From positions 1 through 64,000 of the forward strand of contig CAVWHO010000015.1 in NCBI GenBank assembly GCA_963754875.1: a stretch of 64,000 bases of DNA. The letters run 5' to 3'. Source of the DNA: Nitrospirota bacterium (GTDB lineage Bacteria; Nitrospirota; UBA9217). Position 1 is the first letter of the stretch. Every line of letters starts with the position of its first letter. The position numbers and the translations under genes are program-made. This document shows, one piece after another, positions 31,259-39,933 of the stretch. A model generated the notes under the pieces. It saw nothing but the letters and a program-made list of their open reading frames with translations, was not told where the DNA came from and did no database searches.

Positions 31259-31931
31259 GGCGTATGAAAGAATACGGAGCACAGTTGACGGCATGAACAT
31301 AACTCTCAAGAAGTCAGCACTGCTTGCGCTCTGTTTCGTATTCTTCTCGGCCGTTGGTGGTTTGGCTTACAAGACGCTATCATAGCTACCTGAAGTCTAG
31401 ATTAAATAAAATTATGGATCCAATATCGTTTAGTTTTGCAATAGTCACAGCTATCTCTTTAACCATACTAAAGACTAAGAGAAGAATAGTAGCATTTTGC
31501 TTTAATGATTGAATCACTTTGTGCAGAGTTGGATAATGTAAAGTTGCACAACATCGAAACAGTAAGCAGGGCGCTGCTATTAGCCTGAAAGGAAACAATA
31601 GACAAAGAGATGAGATTGGGCCTTATTCTTCAACGCAAATTTTTGGTTGCGAGGTTGTAATATCGTCATAGAACTAGCCTCACGTGTAGCTAATTCCGTC
31701 ACGTCAAGCCGTTGTTCTTCTCGGAGTAAATCCCAATAATCTGGCATGCGTCGATGATGGTTCTTTCACGACTATCCTCTGCTTGAAATCGATAATTATC
31801 ATGCGTCGGTGTATTCAGAAATAGATGAGGCGACATTAAGGAAATTACAAGTCGCAAAGTTCTTTGTAACCTTTTTGCCGTTGTATCGTCTAATTCACAA
31901 TTGCAGTAAAATTTAGTTTATTTTATGGAGG

Positions 31932-33683
31932 ATGTACTTAATGCAAAAGCACAAGAAACTCAAGGTAATGTTAACTCTCACTCTTTTAATCGGATCTCTG
32001 TCGCTTCTTTTTGGTTGTGGCGGAGGAGGAAGCAGTGCAACAACTCCGGGAGGAACAACAGGCGCAAACGGAATGATCAACGGCACAGCGGTCAAGGGAC
32101 CGATCAGCGGAGGAACAGTAACGGCATTTGCCATCACTAATGGGACCATGGGCATGCAACTGGCCAGTGGAACAACGGACAGTCAGGGAAATTTCAATAT
32201 GTCAATCGGCGACTACACAGGTTCCCTCATGCTGCAGATGAGCGGCGGGACCTACGTGGATGAGGCAACCGGCGCTACGGTGACCATGGCTCCCGGCGAT
32301 GTGATGACCGCCGTTATGACAACGCTAGCTACCGGCTCGACGGTTACCGGAATTCAAGTGACCCCTCTTACCTCCATGGCCCAGGCAATGGCGAATAATA
32401 TGGCGGGCGGCTTGATGGATGCCAATATCACCGCAGCGAACACCGCAATAGGAAATTACTTCATCGTGAACGACATCCTGCATACGACACCCATGAACCC
32501 ACTGGTATCCGGCTCGAGCGGTACCGCGACCCAGGACATGATAAACTACGGCATGGCCATCGCGGCAATATCGCAGACCGCAAAGGACATGGGAATGACC
32601 TCCTCATCCAGCATGGTCACGGCCATGATGAATGACGCGTCGGACGGCGTTTTGAACGGCATGATGGGAAGTACCCCAGTCATGATGGGCGGAATGATGG
32701 CCGGCAGCTCTATGATGACTCCTACTACGGGAACGAGCGGGCTGGCCACGGAAATGGCGACGTTCATCACGTCCACCCTGAATAAGTCAGGCGTAACTGC
32801 GACGGACATGACGACGCTCATGAACAAGTTGACTTCTTCGGCGACCGGAACCATTCCGAATGGAGGAGGAACTCCGATGAACGGGATGGTTGGCGGATCA
32901 GTATTTAACGGGACGATGGGCAACACGACGGTCATGGCCTACGCAGTGACTGACGGCGCCATGGGAGCGCAGCTTGCCAGCGGGACCACGAACAGTATGG
33001 GCAACTTCACCCTGTCCCTCGGCGCCTATTCTGGTCCTGTCATGCTCAAGATGAGCGGAGGGTCGTATACTAACCTGGCAACCGGCACGACCATAAGCAT
33101 GTTGGCCGGTGATATGATGACCGCAATCATTCCGACCATCTCAAGCGGAGCCACGGTGACGGGCATTCAGATGACGCCCCTTACCTCCATGGCCCAGGCA
33201 ATGGCTCAGGCAATGACGAACGGCATGTCTGATGCCAATATCACGGCTGCGAATACTGCAGTTGGCAACTACTTCATGGTCTCTGACATCCTCCAGACAA
33301 TGCCGATGAATGCGGCAATATCAGGATCCGGCGCTACCGCAACAACGGACATGAAAAACTATGGCATTGCCATTGCCGCCATGTCTCAGTATGCTCAGAC
33401 CATCGGCATGGCCGATCCCGCAGCACTGATAACGGCCATGATGAACGATGCGTCGGACGGAGTCATGAACGGCAAGATAGGAAGCACCCAGATAACCATG
33501 GGTGGCATGGGAGGCGGCATGATGGGCGGTGGTGGCACCATGATGCAGCCTACGGCTGGAACAAGCGGGTTTGCAACTGCGATGACCACGTTCATGGGGT
33601 CAACAGCGAACAAATCCGGCCTTTCAACTACGGACATGCAGACCCTTATTAACACACTGGCTGCGTCGAACGGAACGATTTAA
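31932..33683 (+). CDS. Met/Thr/Gly-rich lipoprotein with two tandem ~265-aa repeats
   Basis: GGAGG RBS and lipobox LLFG-CGGGG. The blocks QLASGTT.S.GNF, TPLTSMAQAMA, DANITAANTA.GNYF, TAMMNDASDGV and NKSG each occur twice. Confidence 0.85.
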   Translation: MYLMQKHKKLKVMLTLTLLIGSLSLLFGCGGGGSSATTPGGTTGANGMINGTAVKGPISGGTVTAFAITNGTMGMQLASGTTDSQGNFNMSIGDYTGSLMLQMSGGTYVDEATGATVTMAPGDVMTAVMTTLATGSTVTGIQVTPLTSMAQAMANNMAGGLMDANITAANTAIGNYFIVNDILHTTPMNPLVSGSSGTATQDMINYGMAIAAISQTAKDMGMTSSSSMVTAMMNDASDGVLNGMMGSTPVMMGGMMAGSSMMTPTTGTSGLATEMATFITSTLNKSGVTATDMTTLMNKLTSSATGTIPNGGGTPMNGMVGGSVFNGTMGNTTVMAYAVTDGAMGAQLASGTTNSMGNFTLSLGAYSGPVMLKMSGGSYTNLATGTTISMLAGDMMTAIIPTISSGATVTGIQMTPLTSMAQAMAQAMTNGMSDANITAANTAVGNYFMVSDILQTMPMNAAISGSGATATTDMKNYGIAIAAMSQYAQTIGMADPAALITAMMNDASDGVMNGKIGSTQITMGGMGGGMMGGGGTMMQPTAGTSGFATAMTTFMGSTANKSGLSTTDMQTLINTLAASNGTI

Positions 33684-33726
33684 TAATCACATATTGTTAC
33701 ATGAAATTCCGTTTCATCAATAAATA

Positions 33727-33764
33727 ATTTAAGACAGCCGGAGATCGATCCGGCTGTCTTAAAT
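33727..33764. terminator. Strong hairpin / probable intrinsic terminator
   Basis: 16-bp perfect inverted repeat ATTTAAGACAGCCGGA / TCCGGCTGTCTTAAAT downstream of the lipoprotein stop. Confidence 0.75.
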
Positions 33765-33968
33765 ACCTTCATAATCCAGATACATTTTGCGTATAAAAAA
33801 CTGATACTTTAAGCCATCTTATTCTGTACTAATATAATTGCTATAGTTGCACGCAATCTTCGCTTTCGTATGAATGTACTTTGCTTCAAACTTATTAACT
33901 GAAGTGATTAATGTATTCAAATATGAGAAGTTTATGTCAACAGAAGAAATAATCTCAAGGAGGAGACC

Positions 33969-34403
33969 ATGAAAAAGTTACTAGTAATCGCAACAGCAGT
34001 GATCGGATTTACAGCAGCAACAGCATTTGCCCAGATGGGTGGGCCGGGAGGACCGGGGGGGGGGCAAGGTCCGCAGGGAGGAATGATGGGGGCCCAACAA
34101 TCTCAACAGATGATGGGCAACCAGATGATGAGCCAGGACATGATGCGTGATATGGCCGGAATGATGCGACAGATGAACGACATGATGGGAAAGATGTCAG
34201 GGTTCATGGAACACAATGGCGGCATGAATCATGGCAGGATGATGAATATGTCCAAGATGATGGGAGAAATGTCCGCAAATATGAAAGAGATGTCAGAGCG
34301 GATGTCGCACGGTAAGATGGATGCTGCCCATATGAAAAAAATGCAGGAGCGCATGAAGAACATGGAGCATATGATGGGAACCATCGAGAAAGAGGAGAAA
34401 TAG
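33969..34403 (+). CDS. Extremely Met-rich periplasmic protein
   Basis: AGGAGG RBS, signal peptide ..ATAFA-Q, 35 Met in 144 aa (hand count) and several His. Confidence 0.85.
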   Translation: MKKLLVIATAVIGFTAATAFAQMGGPGGPGGGQGPQGGMMGAQQSQQMMGNQMMSQDMMRDMAGMMRQMNDMMGKMSGFMEHNGGMNHGRMMNMSKMMGEMSANMKEMSERMSHGKMDAAHMKKMQERMKNMEHMMGTIEKEEK

Positions 34404-34406
34404 AGC

Positions 34407-35228
34407 ATGAACAAGTGCGTGAACAGACTCAAGCAAAAAAACCGCTCCGATTGCATTACCCATGCAAATGCGTCACATTGCACAGCGAGGACGTGCTTAT
34501 CACGGGCTGTTCACGCACTCATTGCTCTGGTTATTATTCTTATCCTGCCAGGAGCTCTGCGTGCTGAGGAAGGCCGGAGCTATCTTGATATCAGCGGAGG
34601 CTACAAAACCGGTACTTTCGGCACACCTTACCGATCAAACCTCGGATATGTTTCGACAGGGCTTGGCTATGTTACCCCGGTCTATGATGTGAGCATAACG
34701 ATTCCCTACCTCTTTTTATCGAGTGAGAGTCAGAGCGGTACGAAAGATACAAGTGGGATCGGCGATATAATTCTTCGAGGCGGTAGAGTGCTGGTTGTGG
34801 AAACATCGAACGGTTTTTCTCTTGATGGCGCGCTCGCTTTAAAATTGCCAACAGCTGACGACACAAAAGGGCTGGGTACAGGTGAAATGGATTTCGGTGC
34901 ATTTCTGAACGCGCATCAGAAGGTTGCCGATGTAAAGCTTTCTTTGTTTGGAGGTTACATTGTAGTAGGTTCACCTTCGAACGTCAGCTACAACGATGTC
35001 TACCTCTATGGTTTGGGAATCTCAAAGGTGTTCGGGTTTACCGAGCTATATGGCTCCCTTGAAGGAAGGAGTGCTACTGTTTCAGGCGCTCAAAGCCCTC
35101 AGGAAATCCACGCTGGAGTATTCCATGTACTGAATAAAGATTACGCTATCAAAACAAGTACATTTGTCGGGTTAAATAATGGCGGACCCAATTTTGGGTT
35201 TGATGCCGGTGTCGTACGATGGTTTTGA
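34407..35228 (+). CDS. Putative outer-membrane beta-barrel (MetA-pathway/'transporter'-like)
   Basis: Alternating beta pattern, SGIGDIIL, LKLPTAD..KGLGTGE.D, C-terminal aromatic residues (..VVRWF). Confidence 0.7.
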   Translation: MNKCVNRLKQKNRSDCITHANASHCTARTCLSRAVHALIALVIILILPGALRAEEGRSYLDISGGYKTGTFGTPYRSNLGYVSTGLGYVTPVYDVSITIPYLFLSSESQSGTKDTSGIGDIILRGGRVLVVETSNGFSLDGALALKLPTADDTKGLGTGEMDFGAFLNAHQKVADVKLSLFGGYIVVGSPSNVSYNDVYLYGLGISKVFGFTELYGSLEGRSATVSGAQSPQEIHAGVFHVLNKDYAIKTSTFVGLNNGGPNFGFDAGVVRWF

Positions 35229-35588
35229 CAACTTCCGTCAAAGGTGTTGAGCACTCTGCCATGTCATAAGAAAAGATATGTTGAACCTGGAAATCATACT
35301 TAAATGACTTGCATAATGCTATCGGGATTCTTTGCCCTCGACATAAAATTGACATTGCAGAGCAGTAGATGTATTCGGCAATACCAGGCCGTTTAACAAG
35401 TTCATTTTCTCCAGAAAACACTACTTAAATCCAGTACCCTCGATGTCCAATTGCAACGGAACAAGAAAGTTCCCTCAGCTTGCCCAATTCAAAGCTTTTT
35501 CTTCATAATACGGTCATCTGCAAACACCTGCGCATGTCCATGACAATATCAGTTTATAAATCATTGGATTAGTGTTAGTATAAGCAAT

Positions 35589-36380
35589 ATGATCGACAGC
35601 ATCCGCGCGAAAAAATCCCTGGGCCAGAATTTCTTACGGGACCCGCACTATCTGAACAAAATCGCCGACGCTGCGAGGATAGGTCCCAATGATCAGGTGA
35701 TCGAGATCGGGCCTGGCCTGGGCCATCTTACTCACGTCCTGACCCAGCGGGCGCGGAAGGTTCTGGCCATCGAGGTGGATGACCGGCTGATCCCTCTCTT
35801 GCAGGACGAGTTCGGTGCAACGCGCAATTTCGACCTCCTCCATGCTGACGCACTGGAATATGACTACGATTCGCTGAGCGGATCATGGAAGGTCGTTGCC
35901 AACCTGCCGTATTATATTTCCACTCCCCTCATTCAGAAACTCATTCTGCACCGGAGCAAGTTCGTCAGCCTCACGCTCATGCTCCAGAAAGAAGTCGCGG
36001 AGCGCATCGCGGCCCCTGCCGGCGGAAAAGAATACGGGTTCCTTTCCGTGCTTGTTCAATTATATGCAGTCCCGAGGATCGAGTTCAAGGTGCCGGCGGG
36101 GGCATTCACTCCCAGGCCGGAGGTCGACTCGGCAGTTATGACGCTCGTGATACGCGATTGTCCCGCCACCCATCTAACAAGCGAGGACTTCTTCATGCGT
36201 GTAGTTAAAGCCGCGTTTTCCCAACGCAGGAAAACGCTCAGAAACTCTCTGAAACAGCTCAAGGTAGCCAACGAAAAAATGGCAACGGTTTCGGATAAGA
36301 CGGGCATTGATCTCGGCCGGAGGGCAGAGACCCTTACGATCGAGGAATTCGGCCGCCTTGCCGAATATTTACTTGCCTGA
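35589..36380 (+). CDS. rsmA: 16S rRNA m6,2A dimethyltransferase
   Basis: KKSLGQNFL, IEIGPGLG, VANLPYYI, F.QRRKTLRN. Confidence 0.97.
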   Translation: MIDSIRAKKSLGQNFLRDPHYLNKIADAARIGPNDQVIEIGPGLGHLTHVLTQRARKVLAIEVDDRLIPLLQDEFGATRNFDLLHADALEYDYDSLSGSWKVVANLPYYISTPLIQKLILHRSKFVSLTLMLQKEVAERIAAPAGGKEYGFLSVLVQLYAVPRIEFKVPAGAFTPRPEVDSAVMTLVIRDCPATHLTSEDFFMRVVKAAFSQRRKTLRNSLKQLKVANEKMATVSDKTGIDLGRRAETLTIEEFGRLAEYLLA

Positions 36381-36434
36381 ACAGATGATCTCGTACGTAC
36401 CCTCCTTGCGTCAGCATGAGGCCTTTCCTGTGGA

Positions 36435-36466
36435 ACGCATTACCCCCCGGCAGGAACCGGGGGATT
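36435..36466. repeat. Short intergenic hairpin repeat, copy 2
   Basis: ACGCATTACCCCCCGGCAGGAACCGGGGGATT; compare 21166-21197. Confidence 0.65.
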
Positions 36467-36619
36467 TTAAGATGACCTGTCGATCTGCAGCTGCTTCCTG
36501 GTCATCAGCATCCGGAGAGTGGCGGCAGATTCTCCGTCCGCGAGCCCCGGCTGCATAGCTATTGTGCCGGGTTCCTACTTTGTTTGAGCTTTAGCTCGTG
36601 TCTTCAAGGCCTTTTCACC

Positions 36620-36647
36620 TTGACATTTTTTCACCTTTCCCTATAAT
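36620..36647 (+). promoter_or_regulatory. Consensus sigma70 promoter of gmhA
   Basis: TTGACA-16 bp-TATAAT. Confidence 0.7.
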
Positions 36648-36684
36648 AAACGCCTGATCTTCAGTTCCTGCCAGGGAGTCCCTT

Positions 36685-37266
36685 ATGAAAGATGCCATCA
36701 TAAAAGCGTTTGATGAGAGCGCCCAGATCAAAGTCAAATTCGTCAGAGAGAATATCGACAAGATTATCGACGTAGTACAGCTCATAGCCCAGGCGTTCCG
36801 CGAAGGGAAGAAAGTGATACTCTTCGGCAACGGTGGAAGCGCTATGGACGCTTCGCATATCGCCGCGGAATTTGTGAACCGCTTTCTCATGGAACGGCCG
36901 CCCCTTCCTGCTATCGCATTAAATACAGATGCTGCGGTGCTCACGAGCATCAGCAATGACTACGATTTTTCGCAGGTGTATTCCAAACAATTGTCCGCAT
37001 TGGGCCATGAAGGCGACGTGGTGATCGGCATCAGCACAAGCGGCAACTCACCCAACGTGATCAAGGCAATTGACGTGGCAAAAAAGAACGGCATGAAGAC
37101 TGTCATCTTAACAGGCGGGACTGGCGGTAAAATGGCCGCGATGGCGGACGTTACCTTCATTGTCCCGACAAAGGTCACGGCGAGGATCCAGGAAACCCAC
37201 ATAACCCTCGGTCATGCCATCTGCCAGATGGTGGACGAAGAACTTTTCGGCAACCACAGTAAATAA
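36685..37266 (+). CDS. gmhA: Phosphoheptose (sedoheptulose-7-phosphate) isomerase
   Basis: GNGGSA.DA.H.AAE, ISNDY, ISTSGNS.N, RIQETHI..GH. Confidence 0.95.
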   Translation: MKDAIIKAFDESAQIKVKFVRENIDKIIDVVQLIAQAFREGKKVILFGNGGSAMDASHIAAEFVNRFLMERPPLPAIALNTDAAVLTSISNDYDFSQVYSKQLSALGHEGDVVIGISTSGNSPNVIKAIDVAKKNGMKTVILTGGTGGKMAAMADVTFIVPTKVTARIQETHITLGHAICQMVDEELFGNHSK

Positions 37267-37271
37267 GCCGC

Positions 37272-38201
37272 ATGAAAAAAATCGATATCTCTCATATTAA
37301 ATCCTATTCGCTCAAAGGCCGGCCAAGCAAGGTCCGGATCAATGATTTTTCCCGGCCCCACACCAAGGGCGCAGGTTTCCAGGATTTCTTTTCCTCTCTC
37401 CCGAACATTCTCGCTGCACAACATTTTAAGGACGTGGTCGCCGCCGTTGTTCAGGCCCGGAAAGACAAGCGGCCGGTGATGCTCGGCATGGGTGCCCATT
37501 CCATCAAGGTCGGACTGAGCCCCGTGATCATCGACCTCATGGAACGCGGCATCATCTCGAGCCTGTCGCTGAACGGTGCGGGAATCATCCACGACTTCGA
37601 ACTGGCATTCATCGGCCAGACATCGGAAGACGTGGACAAGGAGATCCTTTCCGGCGCTTTCGGCATGGCGGAAGAGACCGGAAGCATGCTGAACAATGCA
37701 ATCAAATCTGCAGGTGAGGACGAGGGGATCGGCGCTGCTGTCGGGAAGATGATCAACTCCGGCCCTTTCCCTTACAAAGACAAAAGCCTTCTTGCTGCCG
37801 GTATCCGCCTGAACGTCCCCGTAACGGTCCATGTCGCAATTGGAACCGATATCATTCATATGCACCCCTCCTTCGACGGCAGCGCCACCGGTGCTGCTGC
37901 ACACCGGGACTTTGTGACCTTCTGCTCGCTGGTATCCGAGCTCGAAGGCGGAGTGTACATCAACCTCGGCTCCGCTGTCCTTCTCCCGGAAATATTCCTC
38001 AAAGCCGTGACTCTGGTCCGGAACCTCGGCCATTCACTCCAGCACTTCACCACGGTCAATATGGACTTCGTCCAGCATTACCGTCCGAACACCAATGTCG
38101 TGCGCAGACCCACCCAGGGGGGCGGCAGAGGGTTCGCGCTTACCGGCCACCATGAAATCATGTTCCCACTTCTCGCTGCGGCAATCATAGAACAGCTCTA
38201 A
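37272..38201 (+). CDS. Conserved protein with a deoxyhypusine-synthase-like fold, function unknown
   Basis: GMGAHSIKVG, NGAGIIHDFE, TVHVAIGTDIIH, GSAVLLPEIFLKA, GHHEIM. Confidence 0.6.
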   Translation: MKKIDISHIKSYSLKGRPSKVRINDFSRPHTKGAGFQDFFSSLPNILAAQHFKDVVAAVVQARKDKRPVMLGMGAHSIKVGLSPVIIDLMERGIISSLSLNGAGIIHDFELAFIGQTSEDVDKEILSGAFGMAEETGSMLNNAIKSAGEDEGIGAAVGKMINSGPFPYKDKSLLAAGIRLNVPVTVHVAIGTDIIHMHPSFDGSATGAAAHRDFVTFCSLVSELEGGVYINLGSAVLLPEIFLKAVTLVRNLGHSLQHFTTVNMDFVQHYRPNTNVVRRPTQGGGRGFALTGHHEIMFPLLAAAIIEQL

Positions 38202-38411
38202 GCCCAGGAACTCAGCACATCCGACTGCCTGACAACGCATCGCAGTGCGTCTCCATATAAACAGATCAGAGTGGTCATATTCTTCCTTGCTACGATCCTC
38301 CTCTTGCCCCCAGTCCGAAATACTACAAAACCGCCGTCACAAGCTCAGATTTCGACATGGTAGGCCATTCACTCCACCGGATAACCGTCCGATTTTACAG
38401 AAAAAGCAGCA

Positions 38412-38428
38412 TTGGCAATCATTTTGCA
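38412..38428 (+). promoter_or_regulatory. Sigma54 (-24/-12) promoter
   Basis: TTGGCAATCATTTTGCA is a near-consensus match with GG-N10-GC spacing. Confidence 0.75.
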
Positions 38429-38438
38429 ATATATACGG

Positions 38439-38610
38439 TCAACTAAATGACTACTGAAAGTCACTCCGGCTATCATCTCTTTTCACTGAGCCGACATCGT
38501 TTACGTTCAGAGTCAAAATCTTAACCCCAGCCCCCCCCGACGCCTGCGGGTCTTGGATGTGTTTACTTCCGAGACGCGCAGGCGTCCCTCCTTTGTGCTT
38601 GCCTTTTTTC
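38439..38610 (+). ncRNA. Candidate sigma54-dependent small RNA or structured leader
   Basis: Starts ~12 nt after the -12 box and has no credible ORF. Hairpins TGACT/AGTCA and CGGCT/AGCCG, a C-rich single strand, a long stem (38539-38586) and T-rich runs. Confidence 0.45.
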
Positions 38611-38750
38611 GGCTTATGGTTTAAAAAAAATTTCCGCAAATTCCCGTTTTTTTCGTGTATAGTATCTAATAAAAAAACCACTCCTGCCATACAAACAGTG
38701 GCGTAAATCCTCTGGCTTTGTCGAGCACATGGTCGTAAAGATAAAAATTT

Positions 38751-39080
38751 ATGCAAAAAATACCTATTACCCAGGCTGCGCCGGGCATGGTGCTCGCCCA
38801 GGAAATAAGAAATTCCGACGATCCGTCGAGCATGACCATCTGCGGCAAAGGCGTCAAGCTTACCGAGTCGCTGATCTCACGCCTGACACAGATGGGCGTG
38901 CAGTCGGTGAGGGTAGAAGGCCATCCCGTGAAAGTGGAAGGTGAAGCTACTCTGGAAGAGATGCTTGCGGCGCTCGACAAACGGTTCAGCCGGGTTGAAG
39001 ACGATGATTTGATGAAGAAGGTCAAGGAAATGTACCGAAAGCAGATCTTCCGGTCCCTGGGAGAAACCGATGGAAGATAA
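38751..39080 (+). CDS. Small protein resembling the N-terminal domain of HD-GYP proteins
   Basis: I....PGMVLAQEI...GVKLT..LI.RL..MGV..V.V pattern. It overlaps the HDOD gene. Confidence 0.6.
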   Translation: MQKIPITQAAPGMVLAQEIRNSDDPSSMTICGKGVKLTESLISRLTQMGVQSVRVEGHPVKVEGEATLEEMLAALDKRFSRVEDDDLMKKVKEMYRKQIFRSLGETDGR

Positions 39081-39933
39081 GCGGTCCGCAATCCGCGCCA
39101 TCATACGCGATACCAAGACGTTGCCTACACTTCCCGGAATCATTGCGAAACTCGGCTCTCTTGCAGACAATGATAAAGTCTCTGCGCAAGAGATGGCCAG
39201 GGTCGTCTCCGCCGACCAGGTGCTCTCTGCAAAGGTCTTGCGGCTCGTGAATTCCGCATTTTACGGATTCCCCGGACGGGTCTCTACGGTCTCGAATGCG
39301 CTCATTCTCCTCGGCGTAAACGTCGTAAAAAGCCTTGCCATCACCAGTTCGATCTTCGATATCATGGAAAAAAACGTCGTCGGCTTGTGGGAACACTCCA
39401 TGGGCGTCGCCGTCGCCGCAAGCACTATTTCCCGGACGCTCAAACTGCCCGACCCCGAAGAAATTTCTACGGCGGCGCTCTTGCACGACATTGGGAAGGT
39501 GATCATAAAAATCAAACTCGAAAGAGACTTCGACCAGCTCACGTCGCTTATGGCAGAGAAGTGCATAACTTTGCTCGAGGCCGAACGCGAGCTGCTCGAG
39601 ACCGATCACGCAGAGATCGGCGGGTGGCTCGCCCGTTCCTGGCTTCTGCCGGAGAAACTGATCGAACCTGTTGAGTTCCATCATCACGTGGACAAGTCCT
39701 CGGTCCATCAGACCAAAACCGCCGTGGTGCATATCGCCGATGTCCTCATCAAGGCTTCGGGGTTCGGCTTCAGCGGGGACCAGTTGGTCCCCCGGATCCA
39801 GCCCGTTGCCTGGAAGAAACTTGGGCTGAACGAGACGCTCCTGGAAGCAATCATCGTGGAGATCGAAGACAAACTGGTCGACGTCAAAAATTTCAGCCTC
39901 GAAATTCAAGCAAATGATGAATCCAAAGCGTAG
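39070..39933 (+). CDS. HDOD domain protein
   Basis: LPTLP, DQVLSAKVLRLVNSAFYG, LWEHS, ALLHDIGK, DHAEIG, FHH. Confidence 0.93.
   Translation: MEDKRSAIRAIIRDTKTLPTLPGIIAKLGSLADNDKVSAQEMARVVSADQVLSAKVLRLVNSAFYGFPGRVSTVSNALILLGVNVVKSLAITSSIFDIMEKNVVGLWEHSMGVAVAASTISRTLKLPDPEEISTAALLHDIGKVIIKIKLERDFDQLTSLMAEKCITLLEAERELLETDHAEIGGWLARSWLLPEKLIEPVEFHHHVDKSSVHQTKTAVVHIADVLIKASGFGFSGDQLVPRIQPVAWKKLGLNETLLEAIIVEIEDKLVDVKNFSLEIQANDESKA

Noticed and set aside
36470..36560. SRP RNA or riboswitch in the rsmA-gmhA gap
   Set aside because: Only a short GGAAGCAGC-like match on the minus strand, without the surrounding conserved helix.
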